DNA of 63,762 bases, the filler included, from an uncultured Gemmatimonadota bacterium (lineage in GTDB: Bacteria; Blakebacterota; Blakebacteria; Blakebacterales; Blakebacteraceae), in assembly GCA_964576115.1 (NCBI GenBank). It is 5 parts of 5 records of this genome, joined end to end, with 100 filler letters (N's around TTAATTAATTAA, not from the genome) between each part and the next. Parts side by side here need not be neighbours in the genome. Positions count along the whole stretch, not along the records: positions 1 to 14,161 come from CAZNUA010000073.1; 4 more parts are not named here. The stretch is one strand, 5' to 3'. The position numbers and the translations under genes are program-made. Shown in pieces: positions 1 to 8,694 of the stretch. Numbering within the stretch: position 1 is the first letter of the stretch; every line of letters begins with the position of its first letter. The notes beneath the pieces are model-generated. The model was not told the origin of the DNA. It did not search any database and saw nothing but the letters and a program-made list of their open reading frames with translations.

Positions 1-2
1 TC

Positions 3-1400
3 GGATTCGTCTTCGCTGTCGGCGGACTGGACATCTTCCGGCACCTCGCCCCGGCCACTTTACCACGAATCGAGGATGTCGCCCTCGATGTGCGGGTGAT
101 TCTCTTCGCCGGGGGGATCGCGATCGCGGTCGGCATGCTCTGCGGGATCGTTCCGTCGCTGGTGAACACCCGGCGGGCCGACGCCTCTTTCCTGCGTTCC
201 CGTGAGAGAGGAGGTCGCCGGGCCACAGCCCGTCTGCGCGCTGTACTGGTGACGACCGAGCTGGCCCTGGCCCTGGTACTTCTGGTCGGAGCCGGACTCC
301 TGGTCAAGAGCTTGCAACGGCTGCAGCAGGTCGATCCGGGAGTATCCACTGATGAGGTGCTCGTGGTGCCCCTGGATCTGCCTCAACTGTACGAGACGAA
401 TGAACAGGTCAGTACTCTCCTGAACGCTCTGAATCAGCGTATCCGTACTCTTCCGGGTGTACGTTCGGCGAGTTGGATTCCCGACCCTCCGGTTGGTTCG
501 CCGATGTGGTGGCCCCACGTCCGTCTCGAAGACTTCGAGACCGATGAGGAATTCCCTCAGATGAATGTCCATTTTATCGGGCTCGATTATTTCGAGACGA
601 TGGGCGTTCCTCTGCTCAGCGGTCGGAGATTCACCGCGGCCGATGATGAGTCCGGCGAACAGGTTGTCGTGGTCGATGACGTGCTGGTTTCCCGCTACTG
701 GCCCGATGAGAATCCGCTCGGCAAACGGCTCTGTCTCAATCCCGAATATGGAGGAGAAAACTGGTATACCGTTGTGGGTGTCGTCGGTAACGTTCGCCAG
801 AGTCTGTATGTCGATCCCGAACCGTGCCTGTACTTCTCCTGGTTTCAGGGGTTTTTCTCCAACCAGGTTTCGATGGTCATCCGCTGTGATTCACCGGTGG
901 AGAGCATCGCACCCCAACTGCGCTCTGTTGTCTGGGATCTGGATCCCAACCTGCCCGTGCCCGTTGTCGAGAGCATGTCGGGTCGGATCAACGAGGTGCT
1001 CAGAACTCCCCGCTTCCGAACCCTGCTGCTCGGCGCCTTTGCCATATCAGCCCTCATCCTCACCATAGCCGGCATCTACGCCCTGATGCTCTACCTGGTT
1101 AACGGCCGGGTTCGCGAGATCGGTATCCGCATGGCCCTGGGGGCCGACCGGGCAAAGGTCCTCTGGACGGTCACCCGGCAGTGCCTGGGATTGATCGGCA
1201 TCGGAACCCTGGCCGGATTGATCGTGGCTGCGATCGCTTCGCACCTCTTGACCAGCCTGCTTTTCAACATCACCCCGCTCGATCTGCCGACGTACTTCGG
1301 AGTCGCAGCGATCCTGGCGCTGACCTCTGTGATCGCCTGCCTCGTGCCGGCCCGAAGGGCTATCCAACTCGATCCGATGACGGTCCTGCGCGAGGAGTGA
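3..1400 (+). CDS. ADOP-type ABC transporter permease (MacB/FtsX duplicated), 5'-truncated at the window edge
   Basis: Frame is open from base 3 (GFVFAVGGLDIFRHLAPATLPRIEDV...). Motifs [29 protein letters not shown] and terminal PARRAIQLDPMTVLREE. Confidence 0.92.
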   Translation, partial: GFVFAVGGLDIFRHLAPATLPRIEDVALDVRVILFAGGIAIAVGMLCGIVPSLVNTRRADASFLRSRERGGRRATARLRAVLVTTELALALVLLVGAGLLVKSLQRLQQVDPGVSTDEVLVVPLDLPQLYETNEQVSTLLNALNQRIRTLPGVRSASWIPDPPVGSPMWWPHVRLEDFETDEEFPQMNVHFIGLDYFETMGVPLLSGRRFTAADDESGEQVVVVDDVLVSRYWPDENPLGKRLCLNPEYGGENWYTVVGVVGNVRQSLYVDPEPCLYFSWFQGFFSNQVSMVIRCDSPVESIAPQLRSVVWDLDPNLPVPVVESMSGRINEVLRTPRFRTLLLGAFAISALILTIAGIYALMLYLVNGRVREIGIRMALGADRAKVLWTVTRQCLGLIGIGTLAGLIVAAIASHLLTSLLFNITPLDLPTYFGVAAILALTSVIACLVPARRAIQLDPMTVLREE

Positions 1401-1880
1401 CACGTCGTGATCGCCACCAGACGACAGAAGCGCATCACTATGACCCAGCCTGAAGTTGAGGAATCGCCATGACTCTGAGATCCGGCTGGAAGCGCCTCTT
1501 CCGCCTGAACGAATCGTACAGGCACGTCCAGGCCCAGGTCGATGACGAGCTGCGTCATCATATCGACGAGCTTCTCGAACGCTACCGTTCACAGGGAATG
1601 AATGAAGCTGAAGCGCGGGCCGAGATCGCCCGGCGCTTCCCCGACGTTGAGACCGCCCGTTCGGATCTGATCGGGAGTGCCGGGCGAACCGTGCACAACC
1701 GCCGGCGCCGGCTCTTCCTCGACGGTCTGCGCAGTGACCTGCGGGTGAGTCTGCGGCAATTCCGCCGCCGGCCGGGATTCACGGCCCTGGCGGTGCTGAT
1801 CCTGGGGCTGGGAATAGGCGCCAGTACCACCCTTTTCAGCGTCGTCAACGGAGTACTTCTGGATCCCCTGCCCTATCCCG
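1060..1880 (+). repeat. Copy 1 of a diverged direct repeat spanning the gene 1 3' end, the 68-bp spacer and the gene 2 5' end (copy 2 is offset by 2738 bp)
   Basis: Aligns by eye without gaps to about 3798-4618. Spacer cacgtcgtgatcgccaccagacgacagaagcgcatcactatgacccagcctgaag vs tacgacgtgatcgtcaccatacgacagaagcgaatcaccatgacccggcctgaag. Boundaries are approximate. Confidence 0.8.
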
Positions 1881-4138
1881 ATTCCGATCACCTGGTCTAT
1901 ATTTCGACTTCACGCCAGGGAAGGATATCCTGGACCACTGCCCCCGAATTCATTGCTCTATCCCGCCAGACCCATACTCTGGAGAGTTACACAGCCTACC
2001 AGTACATTACTCTTACTACCAACCTGGGCTTGTATCCGGAACAGTACACCGCGGCTGAAGTCACCGAGGACTATTTCGATGTTTTCGGTTTGAGCCCTGT
2101 TCTGGGTCGCGTATTCACCGAGACGGATTATTCTGCTGAGGCTCATCCGGTGATGATTGTGAGTCACCGTATCTGGCAGCAACATTATGCCCGGGATCCG
2201 GCAATCATCGGGAAGGTCATCGCCGTCAACAGACGGAATACGACCGAAGCAGTATCCCGTACGGTCGTCGGCATCATGCCTCCATCGTTCCATTCGTCAG
2301 CCGATTTCTGGATACCGATTCGGTTAGCCGGGACTCATTGGGAGTATAACGAGTGGCGGTTCGGGAATTTCGTCTTTGACTCAGTCGGCCGTCTGCGATC
2401 CGGTATGCGTCTGGAGGATGTCCAGGCTGAAGCAACCCGTGTCACTGCTGCTCTGAAAGCAGAACATCCCCAGCACTACACCGGAGCCTATGAAGGGAGA
2501 AATCTTGTCGCGGTCTCCCTGCTGGACCGGATGGTGACAGAATACCGATCCAGTATCATGCTCCTCTTTGGAGCCACGATAGTATTGCTCGTCATCGCGA
2601 TCGCCAACCTCACCGGTCTCCTGTTAGCACGGGTGTTGAATCGCAAAACAGAGATCTCCATTCGATCGATACTGGGTGCCGGGCATGGTCACATCCTCCG
2701 GCTCCTTTTGACAGAAGCCTCATTCCTTTCCTTTCTCGGCAGCGTAACAGGTTTCATCATTGCTATTGCCGGGATACGTGTTGTCCAGACGCTCGCCCCC
2801 TCGAATCTCCCTCGTCTCGACAATCTCACCCCTGACATTCGGGTAGCTGTCTTTGCGGTGTCCATCGCTCTGGTGAGTGGTTTTCTCAGCTCCCTTGTTC
2901 CCTTCTTCTCGATCATCCGTAATCGCTCTGTATCGTCTCTGCAGAGCGGGAACAGGAGTAGTGCTTCGAGAAGCGCCCTTCAACTGAGAGGTTTCCTGAT
3001 TTCCGTTCAAACAACTCTGGCTGTGATTCTTCTGGTCGGGGGTGGGCTGCTTGCGAACAGTTTCATACGACTCAGAGAGGTTGATCCGGGGTGTGAGACC
3101 GAAAACCTTCTGGTCATGCCGTTGCGATTACCCGGCTCCTACGACACAGATGAGAAGTACTCCGCCTTCTTTCGTGATGTAGTTGACAGGATCTACTCCC
3201 TTCCGGGAATTGAGTCGGCCAGCTGGATCCCCAATCCACCGCTGTATGGACAGAACATGAGCAGTCCCGCCCGGACTGAAGAAATGAGTGAGGATGAAGT
3301 CCTGCAGATCGGGATCCATCCAGTTGGTCCCGATTACTTCGCAACCATGAGCATCCCCGTGATTCATGGTCGTGGTATCACCCGGACTGATGATGCCTCA
3401 AACCTGCCGGTCGCGATTGTAGATGAACAGCTGGCCGAGGAGTTCTGGCCCTCAACGAATCCGATCGGGCAACGACTGCACACCCGGGATACCTGGTTCA
3501 CAGTCGTCGGTGTGACCGGTCGCATTCACCAGTCGTCTCTGGGACAGGAGACTCATCCGGAGATCTATATCTCTGCTCTTCAGCACACCGTTCGTTTCAG
3601 TCTGATGCGGGTTGTCATACGTTCGACGGTTCCATCGGAGAATCTAACACCCGGGCTGCGGACGGCAGTCTGGGAAGTGGATCCAACGCTTCCCGTCCCC
3701 ACCATCGAGACCATGAAGGATCGGGTTTCGGCGGATCTGCGCGATCCCCGGTTTTTCACTTTTCTGTTCAATGCCTTTTCCTTCACGGCCGTCATTCTGA
3801 CCCTGGCCGGTATTTACGCCCTGATGCTGTTCCTGGTGACCGGCCGGATCCGTGAGATCGGTATCCGCATGGCTCTGGGAGCCGACCGGGGGCAAGTCCT
3901 TTGGACAATCAGCCGCCAGTGTCTGGGTCTGATAGCAGTCGGCTCCCTGGCAGGCCTTGCAGCGGCTACCGCGACCTCCCGTCTGCTCAGCGGGTTGCTG
4001 TTCGGTATCACCCCACTCGATCTGCCGACCTATGCCGGGGTGGCCGTGATCCTGGGATTGACGGCCACTATTGCCTGTCTGCTGCCAACCCGGCGGGCGC
4101 TCCGGCTCGACCCCATGACGGTCCTGCGCGGGGAGTGA
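1469..4138 (+). CDS. ADOP-type ABC transporter permease with N-terminal permease-prefix domain
   Basis: 889 aa. VDDELRHH prefix, DLRVSLRQFRRRPGFT, LGIGASTTLFSVVNGVLL, two periplasmic plus FtsX halves, [11 protein letters not shown]. Confidence 0.93.
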   Translation: MTLRSGWKRLFRLNESYRHVQAQVDDELRHHIDELLERYRSQGMNEAEARAEIARRFPDVETARSDLIGSAGRTVHNRRRRLFLDGLRSDLRVSLRQFRRRPGFTALAVLILGLGIGASTTLFSVVNGVLLDPLPYPDSDHLVYISTSRQGRISWTTAPEFIALSRQTHTLESYTAYQYITLTTNLGLYPEQYTAAEVTEDYFDVFGLSPVLGRVFTETDYSAEAHPVMIVSHRIWQQHYARDPAIIGKVIAVNRRNTTEAVSRTVVGIMPPSFHSSADFWIPIRLAGTHWEYNEWRFGNFVFDSVGRLRSGMRLEDVQAEATRVTAALKAEHPQHYTGAYEGRNLVAVSLLDRMVTEYRSSIMLLFGATIVLLVIAIANLTGLLLARVLNRKTEISIRSILGAGHGHILRLLLTEASFLSFLGSVTGFIIAIAGIRVVQTLAPSNLPRLDNLTPDIRVAVFAVSIALVSGFLSSLVPFFSIIRNRSVSSLQSGNRSSASRSALQLRGFLISVQTTLAVILLVGGGLLANSFIRLREVDPGCETENLLVMPLRLPGSYDTDEKYSAFFRDVVDRIYSLPGIESASWIPNPPLYGQNMSSPARTEEMSEDEVLQIGIHPVGPDYFATMSIPVIHGRGITRTDDASNLPVAIVDEQLAEEFWPSTNPIGQRLHTRDTWFTVVGVTGRIHQSSLGQETHPEIYISALQHTVRFSLMRVVIRSTVPSENLTPGLRTAVWEVDPTLPVPTIETMKDRVSADLRDPRFFTFLFNAFSFTAVILTLAGIYALMLFLVTGRIREIGIRMALGADRGQVLWTISRQCLGLIAVGSLAGLAAATATSRLLSGLLFGITPLDLPTYAGVAVILGLTATIACLLPTRRALRLDPMTVLRGE

Positions 4139-4618
4139 TACGACGTGATCGTCACCATACGACAGAAGCGAATCACCATGACCCGGCCTGAAGAAAGGGT
4201 AACTCCATGAGTCTGATGAGCGGCTGGAAGCGCCTTTTTCGCCTGAGCGAATCGGACAAACACGTCCAGGCCCAGGTCGACGACGAGCTGCGCCACCATC
4301 TGGAAGAACTCCTCGAGCGCTACCGTTCACAGGGGATGAGCGAGACCGAGGCCCAGGCCGAGATCGCCCGGCGCTTCCCCGATCTCGAGACCACCCGCTC
4401 CGACCTCGTCGGGAGCACCGGGCGTACTGCCGACAGCCACCGGCGCCGGCTTTTCCTCGACGGTCTGCGCAGCGACCTACGGGTGAGCCTGCGCCAGTTC
4501 CGCCGCCGGCCGGGATTCACCGCCCTGGCCGTGCTGACCCTCGGGCTGGGCATCGGCGCCAGCACGACCCTGTTCAGTGTCGTCAACGGCGTGTTGCTCC
4601 GACCCCTGCCCTATCCGG
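3798..4618 (+). repeat. Copy 2 of the junction-spanning direct repeat
   Basis: See copy 1. Same spacer length and near-identical N-terminal coding sequence. Confidence 0.8.
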
Positions 4619-6915
4619 AGCCGGAACGACTCGTCTATCTGGGAACCGTGTTCGGGAATCCGCTTCGGCCGGCGGGAATGACGCCGCCGGAATTCCTCGC
4701 CCTGCAGGGCAGTACGCATACCCTCGAGGCTGTTGCCTCCTCACGCCAGACCTCATTCGATCTGACGGTCGGGGGGCAGCCGGAGCGTCTGACTGTCGCC
4801 TGTGTGACCGGTGACTACTTCCGGATCTTCGGTGCTCTCCCCGCTCTCGGGCGATCCTTCACCGAGGATGATTACCGGTCCGGCTCCGACCGGGTCGTCA
4901 TCCTGAGCCATAATGTCTGGCAGCTGCGCTGGGGAGGGGATCCCGATATCATCGGCGCCACCTTCAGCGCCGGTGAAGAACGTTCTGAAGAACCCATCAC
5001 CATGACAGTCATCGGGGTGATGCCACCGGATTTCCGTCACCCTCAGAACATGGAAAATCCCTTCTCACGACTCCCCGACACAGAACTCTGGACACCTCTG
5101 CAGCTCGCCGGCATGCCGGATACCGATCACTGGACGCACTTCAATCTGCTGTGCGTCGGCCGGTTGAACCCGGGCAGATCTGTATTGGATGTCCGCGCTG
5201 AGATCGAATCACTGGCCACATCACTGGCCGCTGCGCATCCGGAGTTCTATACGGGCAGGCTGTTCGAGGGACGCAGCCTCGGAGTCGTACCGCTTCTGGA
5301 AGCCACGGTGGGCGATCGCCGGGGTGATCTCCTGCTCCTTTTCGGAGTAACCGGCCTGCTGCTCCTGATCGCCATTGCCAATATCATCGGCCTCTACCTG
5401 GCCCGGGCCCTCGACCGCACCCGGGAACTGGCCATCCGGGGCGCCCTCGGCGCCGGATCGGTCCGGATTGTCCGCCAGTTCGTCACCGAAAGTATTGTCT
5501 TTACCTTGTTCGGTTGCCTGGTGGGAATCGGTATTGCAGGGGCAGGCATTCGCATCCTCCCGGCCATCCTTCCGGCCGATTTCCCCCGCCTGGACGCAAT
5601 CACTCTCGATCTGCGTGTCCTTTGTTTCGCCGGTATGCTCGCAGTTCTGACCGGCGTGCTCTGCGGACTGGTCCCGAGCCTGTTGAATGCACGCCGGTCC
5701 ACCACCTGGAATCTGAGCAGCCGGAGCGGCGGATACCGGGCGACGGCCCGACTGCGGGCAGCCCTGGTAACCGTCGAACTGACTCTTTCCCTGACCCTGC
5801 TGATCGGAGCCGGCCTGCTCCTGAACAGCTTCATGCGGCTGCGAACCGTTGATCCGGGTATCGAGCCCCGGGATCTGCTCATCATGCCGATCCGGCTTCC
5901 CCGTTCGTACACTACCGACGAGAGCCAGATCACTTTCTACTCCAGTCTCGCTCTGCGTCTGCAGTCGGTACCGGGAGTGCGTGCGGTCAGCTGGATCTCC
6001 GATCCGCCGATGGGTTTCTGCGACTGGACGACCTTCGTACGTATCGAGGGTGTGGATGACGATCCCCTACCCCTCATCACCACGCACCCTGTCGGTCCCG
6101 CGTACTTCCAGACCATGGGGATTCCTCTTCTCAGCGGCCGGGAATTCACGCGGGAGGATGATGACGGGGGTGAACCCGTCGCCGTTGTTGATGATCTCAT
6201 GGCTGAAACGTACTGGCCTGAAGAGAATCCCATCGGGAAAAGACTGTGCCTGGCCGGGGATCCGGATGGTCCCTGGTACACCGTGATCGGCGTCGTCGGC
6301 GCTATCCGGCAGGAATCACCGGCGAGCGAACCTCTCCCGAACCTGTATCTCCCCTATCTCCAGCATGCCAATTTCCGGTACCTCATGATGGTTATCCGGA
6401 CCGGGCTCGAGCCCGAGACGATCGCCCCGCAGCTGCGGGCCTCTGTCTGGGAACTTGATCGGCATCTCCCCGTTCCGGTCATCGAGAACATGGAGGATCG
6501 GATCGACGCCGTACTCAGAATCCCGCGCTTCCGCACTTTTCTGTTGGGGATTTTCGCCCTCTCCGCCCTGGTTCTGACCCTGGCTGGAATCTACGCCCTG
6601 ATGCTCTACCTGGTGGCCGGCCGGACCCGGGAGATCGGTATCCGTGTGACCCTGGGGGCGACCCGGGGAAGCGTGTTCTGGACTGTTTCGAAGCAGTGTC
6701 TGTTGCTGATCGGGATCGGCACCCTGATCGGCCTCGGCGCAGCGGCTTTGACGTCCCGCGTGCTCGTCGGATTCCTCTTCGGGATCACACCCCTCGATCT
6801 GTCGACATATGTCGCCGTGTCGATCGGGTTGAGCGTAACAGCTCTGCTCTCCTGTCTCATGCCGGCCCGGCGGGCGACCCGGATCGATCCATCCATAGCC
6901 TTGCGCTGGGAGTGA
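4207..6915 (+). CDS. ADOP-type ABC transporter permease
   Basis: 902 aa, same architecture. RELAIRGALGA and REIGIRVTLGA; ends PARRATRIDPSIALRWE. Confidence 0.93.
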   Translation: MSLMSGWKRLFRLSESDKHVQAQVDDELRHHLEELLERYRSQGMSETEAQAEIARRFPDLETTRSDLVGSTGRTADSHRRRLFLDGLRSDLRVSLRQFRRRPGFTALAVLTLGLGIGASTTLFSVVNGVLLRPLPYPEPERLVYLGTVFGNPLRPAGMTPPEFLALQGSTHTLEAVASSRQTSFDLTVGGQPERLTVACVTGDYFRIFGALPALGRSFTEDDYRSGSDRVVILSHNVWQLRWGGDPDIIGATFSAGEERSEEPITMTVIGVMPPDFRHPQNMENPFSRLPDTELWTPLQLAGMPDTDHWTHFNLLCVGRLNPGRSVLDVRAEIESLATSLAAAHPEFYTGRLFEGRSLGVVPLLEATVGDRRGDLLLLFGVTGLLLLIAIANIIGLYLARALDRTRELAIRGALGAGSVRIVRQFVTESIVFTLFGCLVGIGIAGAGIRILPAILPADFPRLDAITLDLRVLCFAGMLAVLTGVLCGLVPSLLNARRSTTWNLSSRSGGYRATARLRAALVTVELTLSLTLLIGAGLLLNSFMRLRTVDPGIEPRDLLIMPIRLPRSYTTDESQITFYSSLALRLQSVPGVRAVSWISDPPMGFCDWTTFVRIEGVDDDPLPLITTHPVGPAYFQTMGIPLLSGREFTREDDDGGEPVAVVDDLMAETYWPEENPIGKRLCLAGDPDGPWYTVIGVVGAIRQESPASEPLPNLYLPYLQHANFRYLMMVIRTGLEPETIAPQLRASVWELDRHLPVPVIENMEDRIDAVLRIPRFRTFLLGIFALSALVLTLAGIYALMLYLVAGRTREIGIRVTLGATRGSVFWTVSKQCLLLIGIGTLIGLGAAALTSRVLVGFLFGITPLDLSTYVAVSIGLSVTALLSCLMPARRATRIDPSIALRWE

Positions 6916-6970
6916 GTGATTCCCCGACCGACTACGGTTCCCGGCACATGATCCGGTTCAGGTCATGTTC

Positions 6971-8602
6971 CTATTCAGGACCATCGAGCCGTCGGTTTGA
7001 AATCGAGAAAATCCGCCCCTCACCGGGATAGGAGGGAGAAAAGATCCCTGATGAGGCAGTGTCGGAGCCGAATGCCCGCGCCACGCTGCACCCCAGGGTC
7101 CCGTCCCCCATGGGCAGATAGATGGAGTCCGGGAAGTGCACCCGGCACTCTTCATAGATCCGTACGATCGCCGAAGCCCGTTCCGGCCCCAACCCGCCGG
7201 GCTGGCTCATGAGAACGATATCGACCGGCAATCCCTGTTCCCGTACTGCGGTGATCATCTGGAGGTGCCGATCGGTGGGCCGGTAGTCGTCTCCGATCTC
7301 CGGCACCCACAGGATACCGATTCCGTCAGCGGCGAGATGGTACCCGTGCCTGCCCGCCCATCCGGGCAGGCAGGTTACCGTGACTGCTCCGTCGGTGAGG
7401 GATTGACCGGGAGACGGATAGAGATCGTTTTCGAACCGATCATCGAGACTTCCCTGGAGGCCGGAGGGAAGAACGAGGTGGGCTGTCCGAGACGTCCGGA
7501 TCAGGCTTTCCAGCCGCTGTACCGGAGGTCCGGGATTGATGAGATGGAAAGTGACGTCGCGCAGTTCTGCGGCCGCCAGATACCCGCTGGCCAGTCCGGC
7601 GCTTTCGGGGCGAACTCCGGACTCGGTGTATCCGAAGACGAACCAGCCAGACTGCGTTCGTATCCCCCAGCTTCCGCCGCGCATCCTGAGTATTGAGACT
7701 TCCCCCGCTCCGAGATCCCTCTCGAGGATGGCAGTCGCCCGGGATGACCGTTCCCCGCCAACGGTGCGCGATCCGCCCAGGCGGACGGCGAGATCGTCAT
7801 GACCGTAACGGCCGGCACACTCGGCGGCGGTCCGCCCCGCATCGTCATGCTGAGCCGGATCAAGACCGTGGGAGAGAAGCACCTCGGCGACCTCAGAATG
7901 CCCGTGGATAGCCGCCAGGTGGAGCAGCGTCGAGCCGTCGACCGGATCAGTCCACACCGGATCGACACCATGGTCGATCAGCTGCTGAACGATCCCGGCG
8001 AAGCCGTTCTCGACGGCGATCCTCAGCGGCGGCCGGCCCAGAAAATCGGGTCGATCGAGTCGCATGCCACGGTCCAGCCACATCTGGAGCAGATCCGCAC
8101 GTCCCAACAGAACCGGTATGTATATCGGGGTGATTTCGGCGTTGCAGATGGCTTCGGGATCGGCCCCCAGCTCCAGGAGCAGCTCCGCCGCGGCACCTTG
8201 TCCACCCCACATGCTCCAGTGCAGGGGCGTGGCTGCTCCGACCGCCCGGGCGTTGACCACGGCGCCGTGCTCGATCAGCAGGCGTATGACCTCCAGCTGA
8301 CCGCTGGTCGCGGCATAGTGCAGGGGGGTGCGGTCCCCGCTGTCACCGACCTGGACCAGAGCCCCTCTCTCGATCAGGAGAGCGGCGATATCGACCTGCC
8401 GGGCCAGCACCGCCATAAAGAGCGGCGTCCGACCGCTCTGGTCGAGAGCATTGACCTGACGCGGATCATCCTCCAGACACTCGATGACACGCGCCCGATC
8501 GCCCCGGGCGGCAGCCTGATGAATATCCTGCCCAGCTGCCGGCGAGTGCGAGATGATCAGGAGCGCACAGGCAAATGGAACCGCAGCCGATATCTTCATC
8601 AT
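6971..8602 (-). CDS. Secreted ankyrin-repeat protein with a degenerate metallo-beta-lactamase-like C-terminal domain
   Basis: Signal peptide MMKISAAV...PAAG after a GGAG SD. Several ankyrin repeats (GRTPLFMA, RTPLHYAA, ATPLHW, STLLHLAA). The C-terminal half follows an MBL-like pattern without HxHxDH. Confidence 0.8.
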   Translation of the reverse strand: MMKISAAVPFACALLIISHSPAAGQDIHQAAARGDRARVIECLEDDPRQVNALDQSGRTPLFMAVLARQVDIAALLIERGALVQVGDSGDRTPLHYAATSGQLEVIRLLIEHGAVVNARAVGAATPLHWSMWGGQGAAAELLLELGADPEAICNAEITPIYIPVLLGRADLLQMWLDRGMRLDRPDFLGRPPLRIAVENGFAGIVQQLIDHGVDPVWTDPVDGSTLLHLAAIHGHSEVAEVLLSHGLDPAQHDDAGRTAAECAGRYGHDDLAVRLGGSRTVGGERSSRATAILERDLGAGEVSILRMRGGSWGIRTQSGWFVFGYTESGVRPESAGLASGYLAAAELRDVTFHLINPGPPVQRLESLIRTSRTAHLVLPSGLQGSLDDRFENDLYPSPGQSLTDGAVTVTCLPGWAGRHGYHLAADGIGILWVPEIGDDYRPTDRHLQMITAVREQGLPVDIVLMSQPGGLGPERASAIVRIYEECRVHFPDSIYLPMGDGTLGCSVARAFGSDTASSGIFSPSYPGEGRIFSISNRRLDGPE

Positions 8603-8694
8603 TGGTTCTCCAGTGGTCGATGCAGAGAAACTCACACCACATCAATACGGAGCGCCGAAAGATAAGTTCAGCCGCCGAAAACCCGACCACCGTT

